Notes: generated from the letters alone by a model not told the origin. A DNA stretch of 32,000 nucleotides from Vibrio vulnificus CMCP6 (GCF_000039765.1 NC_004459.3:150001-182000), one strand, 5' to 3'; positions 1 through 8,870 are shown, numbered from the stretch's first letter. Numbers and translations: made by a program.

Positions 1-627
1 GTAAATACGGCCAGCACCACCAGTTGCTAAAATGGTCGCTTTCGACTTGAAGTAGCAAATTTCACCCGTTTCCATGCATACCGCTGTACAACCCACAACC
101 GCACCATCTTGGTTTTTCACCAGGTCAAGTGCATACCACTCAGAGAAGATCATGGTTTTGTGTTTTACGTTTTGCTGATACAGAGTGTGGAGCAATGCGT
201 GACCAGTACGGTCAGCCGCTGCAGCGGTACGCGCCGCTTGCTCGCCACCAAACTCTTTTGACTGACCACCAAATGGACGCTGGTAGATACTGCCGTTATC
301 AAAACGAGAGAAAGGCAGACCCATTTTCTCAAGCTCGATCACTGACTCAGGACCATTCTTACACATGTACTCAATGGCATTTTGGTCACCAATGTAGTCA
401 GAACCTTTTACGGTGTCATACATATGCCACTGCCAATCGTCTTTGTGCGAGTTACCTAGAGCAACGGTAATACCACCTTGAGCCGATACAGTGTGTGAGC
501 GTGTTGGAAATACTTTAGATAGCAATGCACAAGAAAGGCCTTGCTCAGAAATTTGTAGTGCAGCACGCATACCTGCACCACCAGCGCCGATTACTACGGC
601 ATCAAATTCGCGAACTGGAATAGACAC
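1..627 (-). CDS. sdhA: Succinate dehydrogenase flavoprotein subunit, N-terminal part (gene continues beyond the left edge)
   Basis: The reverse frame opens with GTG at 625-627, directly abutting the sdhD stop (628-630). It translates [30 protein letters not shown]...[22 protein letters not shown], which contains the FAD GxGxxG motif and the histidyl-FAD motif. It is missing from the ORF track because it is truncated. Confidence 0.93.
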   Translation of the reverse strand, partial: MSIPVREFDAVVIGAGGAGMRAALQISEQGLSCALLSKVFPTRSHTVSAQGGITVALGNSHKDDWQWHMYDTVKGSDYIGDQNAIEYMCKNGPESVIELEKMGLPFSRFDNGSIYQRPFGGQSKEFGGEQAARTAAAADRTGHALLHTLYQQNVKHKTMIFSEWYALDLVKNQDGAVVGCTAVCMETGEICYFKSKATILATGGAGRIY

Positions 628-972
628 TTATGCACCCCACAATACAAACAGACCAGAGAAGAAATACCCGAACAGCAGTGCGATCACACCAAGTTGTAAA
701 CCACCACGCAATTTGGCGCACTTGATGTAGTCAGTCAGCACTTGCCATAATCCAATCCAGGCATGAATCAGGACAGAAGCGAGAGCAAGCATGGTGAAGA
801 CTTTAGTAAAAGTGCCACCAAAAAACTGAGTCCAGGATGCATAATTGATATCTGTGAACGCACAGAAGCTAACAAGATAAATGGTGTAAAGAGTCATGAT
901 GATGGCCGTTGCACGAATCAACAAGAAATCGTGCACACCGTTACGGCCAACAGAGGAAACGTGTTTTACCAT
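628..972 (-). CDS. sdhD: Succinate dehydrogenase hydrophobic membrane anchor subunit
   Basis: A 114-aa, three-TM protein with an ATG start, sitting between sdhC and sdhA in the canonical sdhCDA order. Confidence 0.92.
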   Translation of the reverse strand: MVKHVSSVGRNGVHDFLLIRATAIIMTLYTIYLVSFCAFTDINYASWTQFFGGTFTKVFTMLALASVLIHAWIGLWQVLTDYIKCAKLRGGLQLGVIALLFGYFFSGLFVLWGA

Positions 973-1358
973 ACCAAAATCCCCGCCAATAGTGATAAGA
1001 CAGCGGTGGCAGCAAATGCAACTTTGGCACTCATTGCGCCAGACTCAAGCTCTTCAAAATGGCCTAAGTCCATCATCAGGTGACGAATACCACCAGCGAT
1101 GTGGTATGCCAACGCAGTTAAAATGCCCCATAGAATAAACTTCACAAAGAAGCTATCGACGATGTCGCTTGCTTCCATAAAGCCTACTGGGGATGACAGA
1201 GAAATGGATAGTAACCAAAGCAAAATTCCCACCGCAACAAACGTAATCACACCTGACACACGGTGCAGGATGGACGCGATTGCTGTGATAGGAAAGCGAA
1301 TGGTCTGTAAATCTAAATTAACAGGTCTTGACTTTCTTTCTTTCACGGGCTTGCTCAC
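966..1358 (-). CDS. sdhC: Succinate dehydrogenase cytochrome b556 subunit
   Basis: A 130-aa protein with a GTG start preceded by GGAG. The sequence RPVNLDLQTIRFPITAIASILHRVSGVITF closely matches E. coli SdhC as I recall it. It overlaps sdhD by 7 nt. Confidence 0.92.
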   Translation of the reverse strand: MSKPVKERKSRPVNLDLQTIRFPITAIASILHRVSGVITFVAVGILLWLLSISLSSPVGFMEASDIVDSFFVKFILWGILTALAYHIAGGIRHLMMDLGHFEELESGAMSAKVAFAATAVLSLLAGILVW

Positions 1359-1417
1359 TCAGCTCCATTGAGCATTTATTGTTATGAACGAATTTTGGCT
1401 CCCAACCCCACAAAAGT

Positions 1418-1432
1418 TAACATTTAATTAAC
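1418..1432 (-). promoter_or_regulatory. Candidate ArcA-P box upstream of sdhC
   Basis: The plus strand reads TAACATTTAATTAAC, whose reverse complement is GTTAATTAAATGTTA. That is a 15/15 match to the ArcA-P recognition consensus as I recall it. It sits 60-74 nt upstream of the sdhC start. A further GTTAAC palindrome lies at about 1470-1479. Confidence 0.5.
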
Positions 1433-1753
1433 AACATTCCGGCAAATGATTCCATTAAATTGTAAAAAACTTGTTAACAAAAAAGCTAAAAGAAACACCT
1501 CACAATTGTTTCTAGCCCCGAATTTATAAGGAGTTAACCAAAAATTTCTGCGCCACTATACGGCTGGCAACATTCTAATACAATTGATGTAACAAATTAT
1601 GCTACACAGAACAGATTTTTAACGATTTTAATGCAAAAAATAATAACAAGTGCACACAAAAAGGGAGAAGAATTGACTTTAATCTTTAACACCAGTACAA
1701 AAAAGGCACATAAACATCCTGGACGGATTAAATAATAAACAAAGGAGATTGTT

Positions 1754-3043
1754 ATGGCGGATAAGAAAGCGACCCTTCATGTTGAAGGTAAAGCGCCGAT
1801 CGAATTGCCAATTATGGAAGGTTCTTTGGGAACGCCTGTAATTGATGTTCGTAAGCTAGGAGCGAACGGCTACTTCACTTTCGACCCGGGTTTTCTTGCC
1901 ACTGCATCTTGTGAATCGCAAATAACATACATCGACGGCGGAAAAGGCATCCTGCTTCACCGTGGATACCCTATTGATCAGCTTGCAAACAACGCTGATT
2001 ACCTAGAGGTTTGTTATATTCTACTTTACGGTGAAGCCCCTACTCGTGAGCAATACGAGAAATTCAAAACAACTGTTACTCGCCACACTATGGTGCACGA
2101 ACAAATTGCCAGCTTCTTCCATGGCTTCCGTCGTGATGCACACCCTATGGCAGTAATGTGTGGTGTTGTTGGCGCACTTGCTGCGTTCTACCACGATTCT
2201 CTAGACATCAATAATGACCTGCACCGTGAGATCACAGCGTATCGTCTGTTGTCTAAGATGCCGACTTTGGCTGCGATGTGTTACAAGTACTCTACAGGCC
2301 AGCCGTTCATCTACCCTCGCAATGATTTGAGCTACGCAGAAAACTTCCTACACATGATGTTTGCTACACCATGTGAAGAATATGAAGTAAACCCTGTCGT
2401 TGCACGTGCGATGGACAAAATCTTCACTCTGCACGCAGACCACGAACAAAATGCGTCAACGTCAACGGTACGTTTGGCGGGTTCTTCTGGTGCAAACCCG
2501 TTTGCTTGTATTGCGGCAGGTATTGCATCGCTTTGGGGTCCAGCTCATGGCGGCGCAAATGAAGCGTGTTTGAAGATGTTGGAAGAGATTGGTTCAGTCG
2601 ACAACATTCCTGAGTACGTGGATCGAGCGAAAGACAAAGATGACCCATTCCGTTTGATGGGCTTTGGTCACCGTGTTTACAAGAACTACGATCCACGCGC
2701 AACCGTCATGCGTGAAACCTGTCATGAAGTGCTTAAAGAGCTCAACATTCAAGATCCACTGCTTGATGTTGCAATGGAACTTGAGCGTATTGCTCTTTCA
2801 GACGAGTACTTTGTATCGAAGAAACTGTACCCGAACGTTGATTTCTACTCAGGCATCATTCTGAAAGCGATTGGCATTCCAGTTTCAATGTTTACCGTTA
2901 TCTTCGCAATTTCACGCACCATCGGTTGGATTGCACACTGGAACGAAATGCACAGTGACCCACTGAACCGTATCGGTCGCCCTCGCCAGTTGTACACAGG
3001 GGAAGTCCAACGCGATTTCCAACCTATGCACGAACGCGAGTAA
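1754..3043 (+). CDS. gltA: Type II citrate synthase
   Basis: A 429-aa protein, divergent from sdhC as in enterics. The AAAGGAG SD lies 6 nt upstream of the ATG. Citrate synthase motifs are present ([25 protein letters not shown]). Confidence 0.97.
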   Translation: MADKKATLHVEGKAPIELPIMEGSLGTPVIDVRKLGANGYFTFDPGFLATASCESQITYIDGGKGILLHRGYPIDQLANNADYLEVCYILLYGEAPTREQYEKFKTTVTRHTMVHEQIASFFHGFRRDAHPMAVMCGVVGALAAFYHDSLDINNDLHREITAYRLLSKMPTLAAMCYKYSTGQPFIYPRNDLSYAENFLHMMFATPCEEYEVNPVVARAMDKIFTLHADHEQNASTSTVRLAGSSGANPFACIAAGIASLWGPAHGGANEACLKMLEEIGSVDNIPEYVDRAKDKDDPFRLMGFGHRVYKNYDPRATVMRETCHEVLKELNIQDPLLDVAMELERIALSDEYFVSKKLYPNVDFYSGIILKAIGIPVSMFTVIFAISRTIGWIAHWNEMHSDPLNRIGRPRQLYTGEVQRDFQPMHERE

Positions 3044-3062
3044 TACGCACAGTGTTAAAACT

Positions 3063-3097
3063 AAAAAGGGTTGAGACATGGTCTCAACCCTTTTTGT
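3063..3097. terminator. Bidirectional intrinsic terminator between gltA and ybgI
   Basis: A 12-bp perfect stem (AAGGGTTGAGAC/GTCTCAACCCTT), flanked by an A-run upstream and TTTTTGTTTG downstream. Confidence 0.85.
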
Positions 3098-3119
3098 TTG
3101 TGGCTTTATGGTATTGGGC

Positions 3120-3878
3120 CTATACCGGATTATCGATATCAATAAATTCAACATCCAATTGGTGTTGTTGTACCAACCATTCACCAAGCGCCTTAATTCC
3201 GTAACGCTCAGTAGCATGATGGCCAGCGGCATAGTAATGGATATCTAGCTCTCGGGCACTGTAAGTGGTTCGCTCTGAAATTTCGCCAGAGATAAAAGCA
3301 TCTAGGCCATGTTGTGCAGCAAGCTCAATGTAATCTTGTCCACCACCAGTACACCAACCTACCGTTTCAATCATTTTATGACGATTTTCTGGGGCAATGT
3401 GCAAAGGTTCGCGGTTAAGCGCAGATGCTATTTTTTGGGCAAATTCAGCCCCTGTAAGCGGTTGTTTGAGGCGCCCAAACATGGCCACGGATTGAGGATG
3501 CCCTTCTAAACCACCCTCAACCTTTATCTCAAGCAAACGTGCCAGCTCAGCGTTGTTACCGAGCTCCGGGTGAATGTCGAGAGGCAAGTGATAGGCAAAT
3601 AAGTTGAGATCATTTTTAATCAGAGTGCGGACGCGTTTTCCTTTCATGCCACGGATAGGCTCAGCTTCACCTTTCCAAAAATAGCCGTGGTGCACAAGCA
3701 GCGCATCGGCATTGAGCTCAACCGCTTTATCGATTAACGCTTGAGAAGCGGTCACACCGGTGATGATTTTTTTTATCGTCTCACTGCCTTCGATTTGCAG
3801 GCCATTTGGGCAGTAATCTTTAATCAACTGGGGGGTCAGTTTCTCATTTAAGATTTTTTCTAGTTCGAGGTTGTTCAT
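3120..3878 (-). CDS. ybgI: Nif3-like dinuclear metal centre protein (GTP cyclohydrolase 1 type 2 homolog, YbgI family)
   Basis: The ORF track gives 3120-3959. I trimmed it to the internal ATG at 3878 (MNNLELEKILNEKL...), which aligns with the YbgI N-terminus and gives 252 aa against about 247 in E. coli. Confidence 0.88.
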   Translation of the reverse strand: MNNLELEKILNEKLTPQLIKDYCPNGLQIEGSETIKKIITGVTASQALIDKAVELNADALLVHHGYFWKGEAEPIRGMKGKRVRTLIKNDLNLFAYHLPLDIHPELGNNAELARLLEIKVEGGLEGHPQSVAMFGRLKQPLTGAEFAQKIASALNREPLHIAPENRHKMIETVGWCTGGGQDYIELAAQHGLDAFISGEISERTTYSARELDIHYYAAGHHATERYGIKALGEWLVQQHQLDVEFIDIDNPV

Positions 3879-3960
3879 CTTAGATTCCAGACTTAAGTTA
3901 CACGCAAAGTGTATACTCAAGCTTGTCGGCAATACAATATCGGATCCAACCTCGAGCACA

Positions 3961-4722
3961 ATGATGGAATCACAACTGCGCTTTCTACACTGGATATTAC
4001 ATTCTCCCTCTCTGTTTGAACTGAAACCACCTTTTGCTCAGTTACAGCCTCTCGATGTCTCCCTGCCATCAGCCTTACCACCCTATCAAGGTAACAAGAG
4101 ATTGGGCTTCTTATATCAACACCTATGTAGCACCCTATTTCAAAACACCAAGACGATTGATTTCGTTGAAGAAGAATTGCAGCTAAAAGATCACCAGCGC
4201 ACACTCGGCGCCATCGATTTTATGTTGCGTAATACCGCTGAGTCGAATTACCAGCATTGGGAGGTGGCGATCAAGTTCTACTTATTGTGCGACGGGTTGT
4301 GGTATGGCCCTAATGCGAAAGATCGCCTCGACAAAAAGTTACACCATATGCTCAATCATCAGTTGAAGATGAGCTCAAACGAGGCATTCTTAGCAACGCA
4401 TCCCCAATACCGCAATTGCAGCGAACACCTTCTCATGCAAGGGCGGCTCTACATTAATCCCTTTTTAGATCAAGTCATTCCTCAAGAGTGCTTGGGATAT
4501 TCCCTCAATGCGCTGGTAATCAAAGGATATTGGTGTTTTGCCCATCAATGGGCTCAGATACCCGAACCACTCTATGCGTTGGAAAAACACGATTGGGCCG
4601 TGGGAACCAGCGAGTTTGACACGCCAATCCAGGAACCACAGGATAGGTTTGTTCACGCACAAAGTAAAAGTGGCCAATTCTGGTTTATCGTGCCGGATAA
4701 CTGGCCACATAATGGAATGTAA
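3961..4722 (+). CDS. DUF1853-family protein of unknown function (possible PD-(D/E)XK-like fold)
   Basis: The ORF track gives 3871-4722. I trimmed it to the ATG ATG at 3961 (MMESQLRFLHW...) because the longer form would overlap the ybgI start. The family call comes from overall sequence character, and the D86 ... E101-x3-K105 pattern is only suggestive. Confidence 0.65.
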   Translation: MMESQLRFLHWILHSPSLFELKPPFAQLQPLDVSLPSALPPYQGNKRLGFLYQHLCSTLFQNTKTIDFVEEELQLKDHQRTLGAIDFMLRNTAESNYQHWEVAIKFYLLCDGLWYGPNAKDRLDKKLHHMLNHQLKMSSNEAFLATHPQYRNCSEHLLMQGRLYINPFLDQVIPQECLGYSLNALVIKGYWCFAHQWAQIPEPLYALEKHDWAVGTSEFDTPIQEPQDRFVHAQSKSGQFWFIVPDNWPHNGM

Positions 4723-4748
4723 AAAAGGGAAGCATCGCTTCCCTTCGT
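4723..4748. terminator. Shared terminator between the DUF1853 gene and the CoADR-family gene
   Basis: The stem is AAGGGAAGC/GCTTCCCTT with a 3-nt loop. The T-run is strong only when read on the minus strand (TTTTTTAC), so it mainly terminates the minus-strand module. Confidence 0.75.
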
Positions 4749-4757
4749 ACTGTGCCA

Positions 4758-6080
4758 TTATTTCGCGACATTGCCAGCCACATTTAATGCATCCCATGTG
4801 CGTGCAAATGGCGGCGCGTAGCAAAAGTCCATGTAACCTAGCTGTTGTGTGGTCATTTTGGCCGTAATCGCAACCGCTAGCGCGTTGATTCGACCCACAG
4901 CACCTTTTTTACCAACAATCTCACCGCCAAGTAGAACCTTAGTCTCTGGGTGGTAAACCAACTTCACTTTGATATCTTCTTGGCCTGGGTAGTAATCGGT
5001 TTGGTTCTTATCTGAAATGGTGGAAACCCTCACATCTAAGCCATGCTCTTTGGCGAGCAGTTCAGATACGCCAGTGCATGCGAGTTCGTAGTCCAACACT
5101 TTTAAACAAGATGAGCCTAGGAAACCATTCATGTAAGTGTCTTTGCCTGCAAGCTTATCCGCCATCATGCGCGCTTGTTTGTTGGCTGTCGTCGCTAGAG
5201 GAACATAAACCGTTTTGCCTAGCGCCATATGATGAACCACCGCACAGTCACCAACCGCGTAGATATGCTCATCTTCTGTTGCACCAAACTCGTCGACAAG
5301 CAATGCGCCGTTAGCCGCTTTTGGTAACTCGAACGCTTCTGTGTTTGGTTTGAAGCCCAGGGACATAATCACCACGTCTGCCGCGACGCTGCCGTTGTCG
5401 GTTTCGACAAGATAACCGCCCTGCTCTGCATCGCGAATGGCCGATACGCTGCAACTGGTTTTAAGCTCAGCGCCAGATTCGCGAATCGCGCCTTCCACAA
5501 CGTCGATCATTTCAGGGCTGAATTGACGACTCATGACATGTTGCTCGCGTTCAATGATGGTGACATGCTTACCTAGTAAGTGCGCGGCATCAAACACTTC
5601 AAGACCGATAAAACCACCGCCAATCACGCAAACGCGTTGTTTGTTGCTGTCCTTAAGCGCTTGTTTTACTGCCAAGCCATCTTCCATGCTGGTTAACGTG
5701 TATACGTGCTCTGGGTTGAACTCACCAAAGGAAGGGATGATTGGACGAGCACCAGTGGCAATCACCAGCATATCGTAATCTAAAATGGTTTCTTCACCTT
5801 GATGACGAACCGTGATCTGCTTTTCAATGCGCTCTAAAGCCACCATTTCGGTTTCAATGCGCACATCCAAGCCAGATTTAATCGCCTGTTCTGGCGTACG
5901 AGAAATCATACGCTCGGTGTCATCAAACATGCCACCAGCAAAGTAAGGTAAGCCACACGCACCAAATGAGATGTAATCTCGCTTATCCAGCACAATCACT
6001 TCATCCGACGGCTGATTACGCTTGTACTTTGCAGCAAAACTCATCCCAGCGGCGCTACCGCCTACGACAACAACTTTCAT
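4758..6080 (-). CDS. FAD-dependent pyridine nucleotide-disulfide oxidoreductase, CoA-disulfide reductase / NADH oxidase family (single redox Cys)
   Basis: A 440-aa protein with an N-terminal GGSAAG dinucleotide fold, the SFGACGLPY motif (Cys42) typical of CoADR/Nox/Npx enzymes, a second GGGFIGLE NAD(P)H fold and a GDC motif. There is no rhodanese extension. Confidence 0.85.
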   Translation of the reverse strand: MKVVVVGGSAAGMSFAAKYKRNQPSDEVIVLDKRDYISFGACGLPYFAGGMFDDTERMISRTPEQAIKSGLDVRIETEMVALERIEKQITVRHQGEETILDYDMLVIATGARPIIPSFGEFNPEHVYTLTSMEDGLAVKQALKDSNKQRVCVIGGGFIGLEVFDAAHLLGKHVTIIEREQHVMSRQFSPEMIDVVEGAIRESGAELKTSCSVSAIRDAEQGGYLVETDNGSVAADVVIMSLGFKPNTEAFELPKAANGALLVDEFGATEDEHIYAVGDCAVVHHMALGKTVYVPLATTANKQARMMADKLAGKDTYMNGFLGSSCLKVLDYELACTGVSELLAKEHGLDVRVSTISDKNQTDYYPGQEDIKVKLVYHPETKVLLGGEIVGKKGAVGRINALAVAITAKMTTQQLGYMDFCYAPPFARTWDALNVAGNVAK

Positions 6081-6107
6081 ATTTACTACCTAAATAAACT
6101 GAACTTA

Positions 6108-6139
6108 GGAAAACCGAAGAGCACCCTTATGGGTGCTCT
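6108..6139 (-). terminator. Intra-module hairpin with U-tract between the transporter and flavoprotein genes
   Basis: The stem is AGAGCACCC/GGGTGCTCT (6118-6126 / 6131-6139) with loop TTAT. On the minus strand it is followed by CTTCGGTTTT. Only about 37 nt remain before the next start codon. Confidence 0.55.
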
Positions 6140-6155
6140 CCATTTCGTTTACACA

Positions 6156-7562
6156 TTACACCGCCGCTTCTTTGGTCGCTGTTGCACCATTCTCTGCGTT
6201 GTATTGCTCAAGATTTAACGAGCCATTCTTCTTCGCGGTAAGCACACCAGACAGCATTGAACCAGAGATGTTAAGCGCAGTACGAGCCATATCGATTAAT
6301 GCTTCGATCGAAACTAGAATCGCTACCACCGTGATATCAAGGCCCATAATGGTTAGTACCGCCACTGCTGCGAACGTTGCACCGCCACCCACACCGGCAA
6401 TGCCGAATGACGCAATCGCGATAACGGCGATCAGCTGTAGTACAAAACTTAAATCAACTGGAATGCCCATCACTTGAGAAGCCATAATTGCAAGCATTGC
6501 AGGGTAGATACCCGCACACCCATTCTGACCGATACTGGTACCAAATGTTGCTGACATATTTGCCGTTTCTTCATCCACACCCAAACGCTGAGTTTGCGTT
6601 TCTACGTTGAGTGGAATAGCAGCCATACTTGAGCGAGATCCAAAACCAAAGACGAGTACAGGCCAAGTCTTCTTCATGAACTTCGCAGGCGATAGACCAA
6701 ACATAGACACCATCACGAAGTGGATAGCAAACATCACACCAATGGCCACGTAACTTGCAAGTAGGAAGCGCCCCATTTCTGCCAGTGCGAACAAATCGTT
6801 GGTCATCATGAACGTGGTCATCAGAGCAAACACACCGTAAGGCGTCAGCTTGAGAATCTCACGTACCATTGAAAGCACCACTTCTTTGGCAGCATTGATG
6901 AAATCAACGAAGTTTTGCACTTTCTCCGGCTTACGGTTTTTCACTTGCAGGATACAGTAGCCAAGGAACATACCGAACAGTACCGTCGATAGCGTTGAAG
7001 TGCGCTGAGAGCCCGTTAGCATGTCGAAAATATTGGTTGGGATAATGGATAACGCCATGCCAGATAAGCCACTGCTGGCCATTGCACTCTGGGTTGCAAC
7101 CAAAGCATTGCCACGCGCTTCAATGGCGCTGTTGGTACCAATTGTACTCACAAGCGCATTGGCATCGATACCGAATAGGTAAATACTTGCGATGCCCACA
7201 GCGGCGGAGATAGCACAAGTGAAAAGTAGAATACCGATGATTTTGGGCGCGATACGAGATAGAGCGCCACCGCCCTCTACGTTCATGATTGACGAAATCA
7301 TGGCAACGAAGACCAGTGGAATCACGATCATTTGCAGTAGCTTGATGTAGCCTTTGCCAAACACAGAAATCAGCTCGGCAAATCCTGCGGTAGCAACGTT
7401 GCCAACACCGAATACGAGTTGAATCGCGCCGCCAAATAACAGACCAGCAGCAAGCGCACTCAGTACGCGGAAGTTAAAGCTTTTCTTCTGTTTTTTAAAG
7501 TTCGCAAGTAACGCATAGAACCCGAAGAACAATACGCTTAATGCGATAAATGATAAGCTCAT
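6156..7562 (-). CDS. Dicarboxylate/amino acid:cation symporter (DAACS) family transporter, TcyP/YdjN-like (L-cystine-type)
   Basis: A 468-aa polytopic protein. Blocks such as GYIKLLQMIVIPLVF, SRSSMAAIPLN, SIGQNGCAGIYPAMLA, FGIAGVGGGATFAA and IDMARTALNISGSM match the TcyP/YdjN branch as I recall it. Its length fits TcyP (~463 aa) rather than SstT (~410 aa). Confidence 0.8.
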   Translation of the reverse strand: MSLSFIALSVLFFGFYALLANFKKQKKSFNFRVLSALAAGLLFGGAIQLVFGVGNVATAGFAELISVFGKGYIKLLQMIVIPLVFVAMISSIMNVEGGGALSRIAPKIIGILLFTCAISAAVGIASIYLFGIDANALVSTIGTNSAIEARGNALVATQSAMASSGLSGMALSIIPTNIFDMLTGSQRTSTLSTVLFGMFLGYCILQVKNRKPEKVQNFVDFINAAKEVVLSMVREILKLTPYGVFALMTTFMMTNDLFALAEMGRFLLASYVAIGVMFAIHFVMVSMFGLSPAKFMKKTWPVLVFGFGSRSSMAAIPLNVETQTQRLGVDEETANMSATFGTSIGQNGCAGIYPAMLAIMASQVMGIPVDLSFVLQLIAVIAIASFGIAGVGGGATFAAVAVLTIMGLDITVVAILVSIEALIDMARTALNISGSMLSGVLTAKKNGSLNLEQYNAENGATATKEAAV

Positions 7563-7601
7563 GAGAGTCTCCTATTGATGCTCATGGTTTCCGGATGGCC
7601 G

Positions 7602-7985
7602 TTACTTTTTGTAGGCAATGGCTTCAATTTCAACTAACGCGTCTTTTGGCAGTCGTGCCGCTTCGACGCACGAGCGCGCTGGTGCATTCTCAGTACCAAA
7701 CACCTCCGTGTACACCTCATTAAATGCAGCGAAGTTTTCCATATCGGAAAGAAAGCAAGTGGTTTTCAGTACGCTATCGAGCCCAGCACCACTGGCTTCC
7801 AATACCGCTTTCAGGTTATCCAACGACTGTTTTGCTTGTTCCTTAATCCCACCTTCAACAAATTGCATTGTTTCTGGAACTAATGGAAGCTGGCCTGAGG
7901 TGTAAACCACCTCTCCATAAATGGTTCCTTGCGAATATGGGCCAATGGCCGCAGGGGCTGCTGGTGTGGATATAATTTCTTTCAC
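7602..7985 (-). CDS. RidA family reactive enamine/imine deaminase
   Basis: A 127-aa protein with a GTG start and an AAGGAG SD 7 nt upstream. The GPYSQG motif and C-terminal [22 protein letters not shown] (with the Arg characteristic of true RidA) are present. Confidence 0.9.
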   Translation of the reverse strand: MKEIISTPAAPAAIGPYSQGTIYGEVVYTSGQLPLVPETMQFVEGGIKEQAKQSLDNLKAVLEASGAGLDSVLKTTCFLSDMENFAAFNEVYTEVFGTENAPARSCVEAARLPKDALVEIEAIAYKK

Positions 7986-8007
7986 GTTAAACTCCTTAAT
8001 TAACGAA

Positions 8008-8676
8008 CTATTCTGATTTAAATTCTCGAATAAATTTATAAATAGCTTGGCGACTGATCCCCAAGCTTTCTGATATCTGTGTCGTCGTCTCTTTTAATTC
8101 AAAAATACCATTTTCAAAAAGATTGCGAACAATGGCTTTATTACGACCTTTTGTCGTAATTGATGTGTTGTTCTCTATTTCACTTATTGCTGACGCGAGT
8201 GCTTGTTGAATAACGTCATTCGCGTTATTACTGAAATTTTCATGAACCAAGGAATTGGTCGACGTACATTGAGGAAGTAAGGTTTTGATGATCTCAGGAA
8301 ACGGAAAAGAGAGATTCATATTGATACATAACATACCAATAGGTTTTTTATTGGGTCCATCAAGCACACATGTTGTCGATTTTAGTAACGAGCCATCCGC
8401 CGAGTTGGTGAAATAACTCTTCGGTGACACTTCTCCCGTTTTTTCAAAACGACTCCACATACGAAGCCCAAGGTCGGTAATTGGTGAGCCGATTTTTCGT
8501 CCTGTATGATGACCATTGACGATTTTAACCACTGAGTTTTCAAGACTTTCAAAAGAATGAATAACCACTTCACAGTGAGGACCTATGAGATCCGCAATGG
8601 TGTCCGCAAGACGGTAGTAGCTTTTCAGCGCTTCTCTGTCTTCGTTAGTAAATCGTACTTGTTTTACACTCATCAT
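8008..8676 (-). CDS. YheO/DauR-like transcriptional regulator (PAS-like sensor domain plus C-terminal HTH)
   Basis: A 222-aa protein. The blocks [17 protein letters not shown] and LCINMNL match E. coli YheO as I recall it, and the C-terminal [20 protein letters not shown] is an HTH. The start could be either tandem ATG (8676 or 8673), and there is no obvious SD. Confidence 0.82.
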   Translation of the reverse strand: MMSVKQVRFTNEDREALKSYYRLADTIADLIGPHCEVVIHSFESLENSVVKIVNGHHTGRKIGSPITDLGLRMWSRFEKTGEVSPKSYFTNSADGSLLKSTTCVLDGPNKKPIGMLCINMNLSFPFPEIIKTLLPQCTSTNSLVHENFSNNANDVIQQALASAISEIENNTSITTKGRNKAIVRNLFENGIFELKETTTQISESLGISRQAIYKFIREFKSE

Positions 8677-8680
8677 AGTC

Positions 8681-8870
8681 AGTTTACATATTTAAACTCA
8701 ATGACAAAAAAATACTCCTTTAGAGTTACTTCAACAAGTATGAGTAGACATTTTTAAACTTAAATTGAACAAACTAAAAGCGATCTGAATCAAATTTAAC
8801 CTGAATTAACGTGAGTTATTTTCGAGCAAAATCACCAATTCAAACCAATAGTTGTTTAATTTTTTAAACT
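8681..8870. repeat. Three copies of an 18-bp (imperfect) palindrome AGTTTA-N6-TAAACT upstream of the YheO-like regulator gene
   Basis: Copy 1 at 8681-8698 is AGTTTAcatattTAAACT (perfect 6+6). Copy 2 at 8743-8760 is AGTAGAcattttTAAACT. Copy 3 at 8853-8870 is TGTTTAatttttTAAACT. Centre-to-centre spacing is 62 and 110 bp. Confidence 0.8.
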
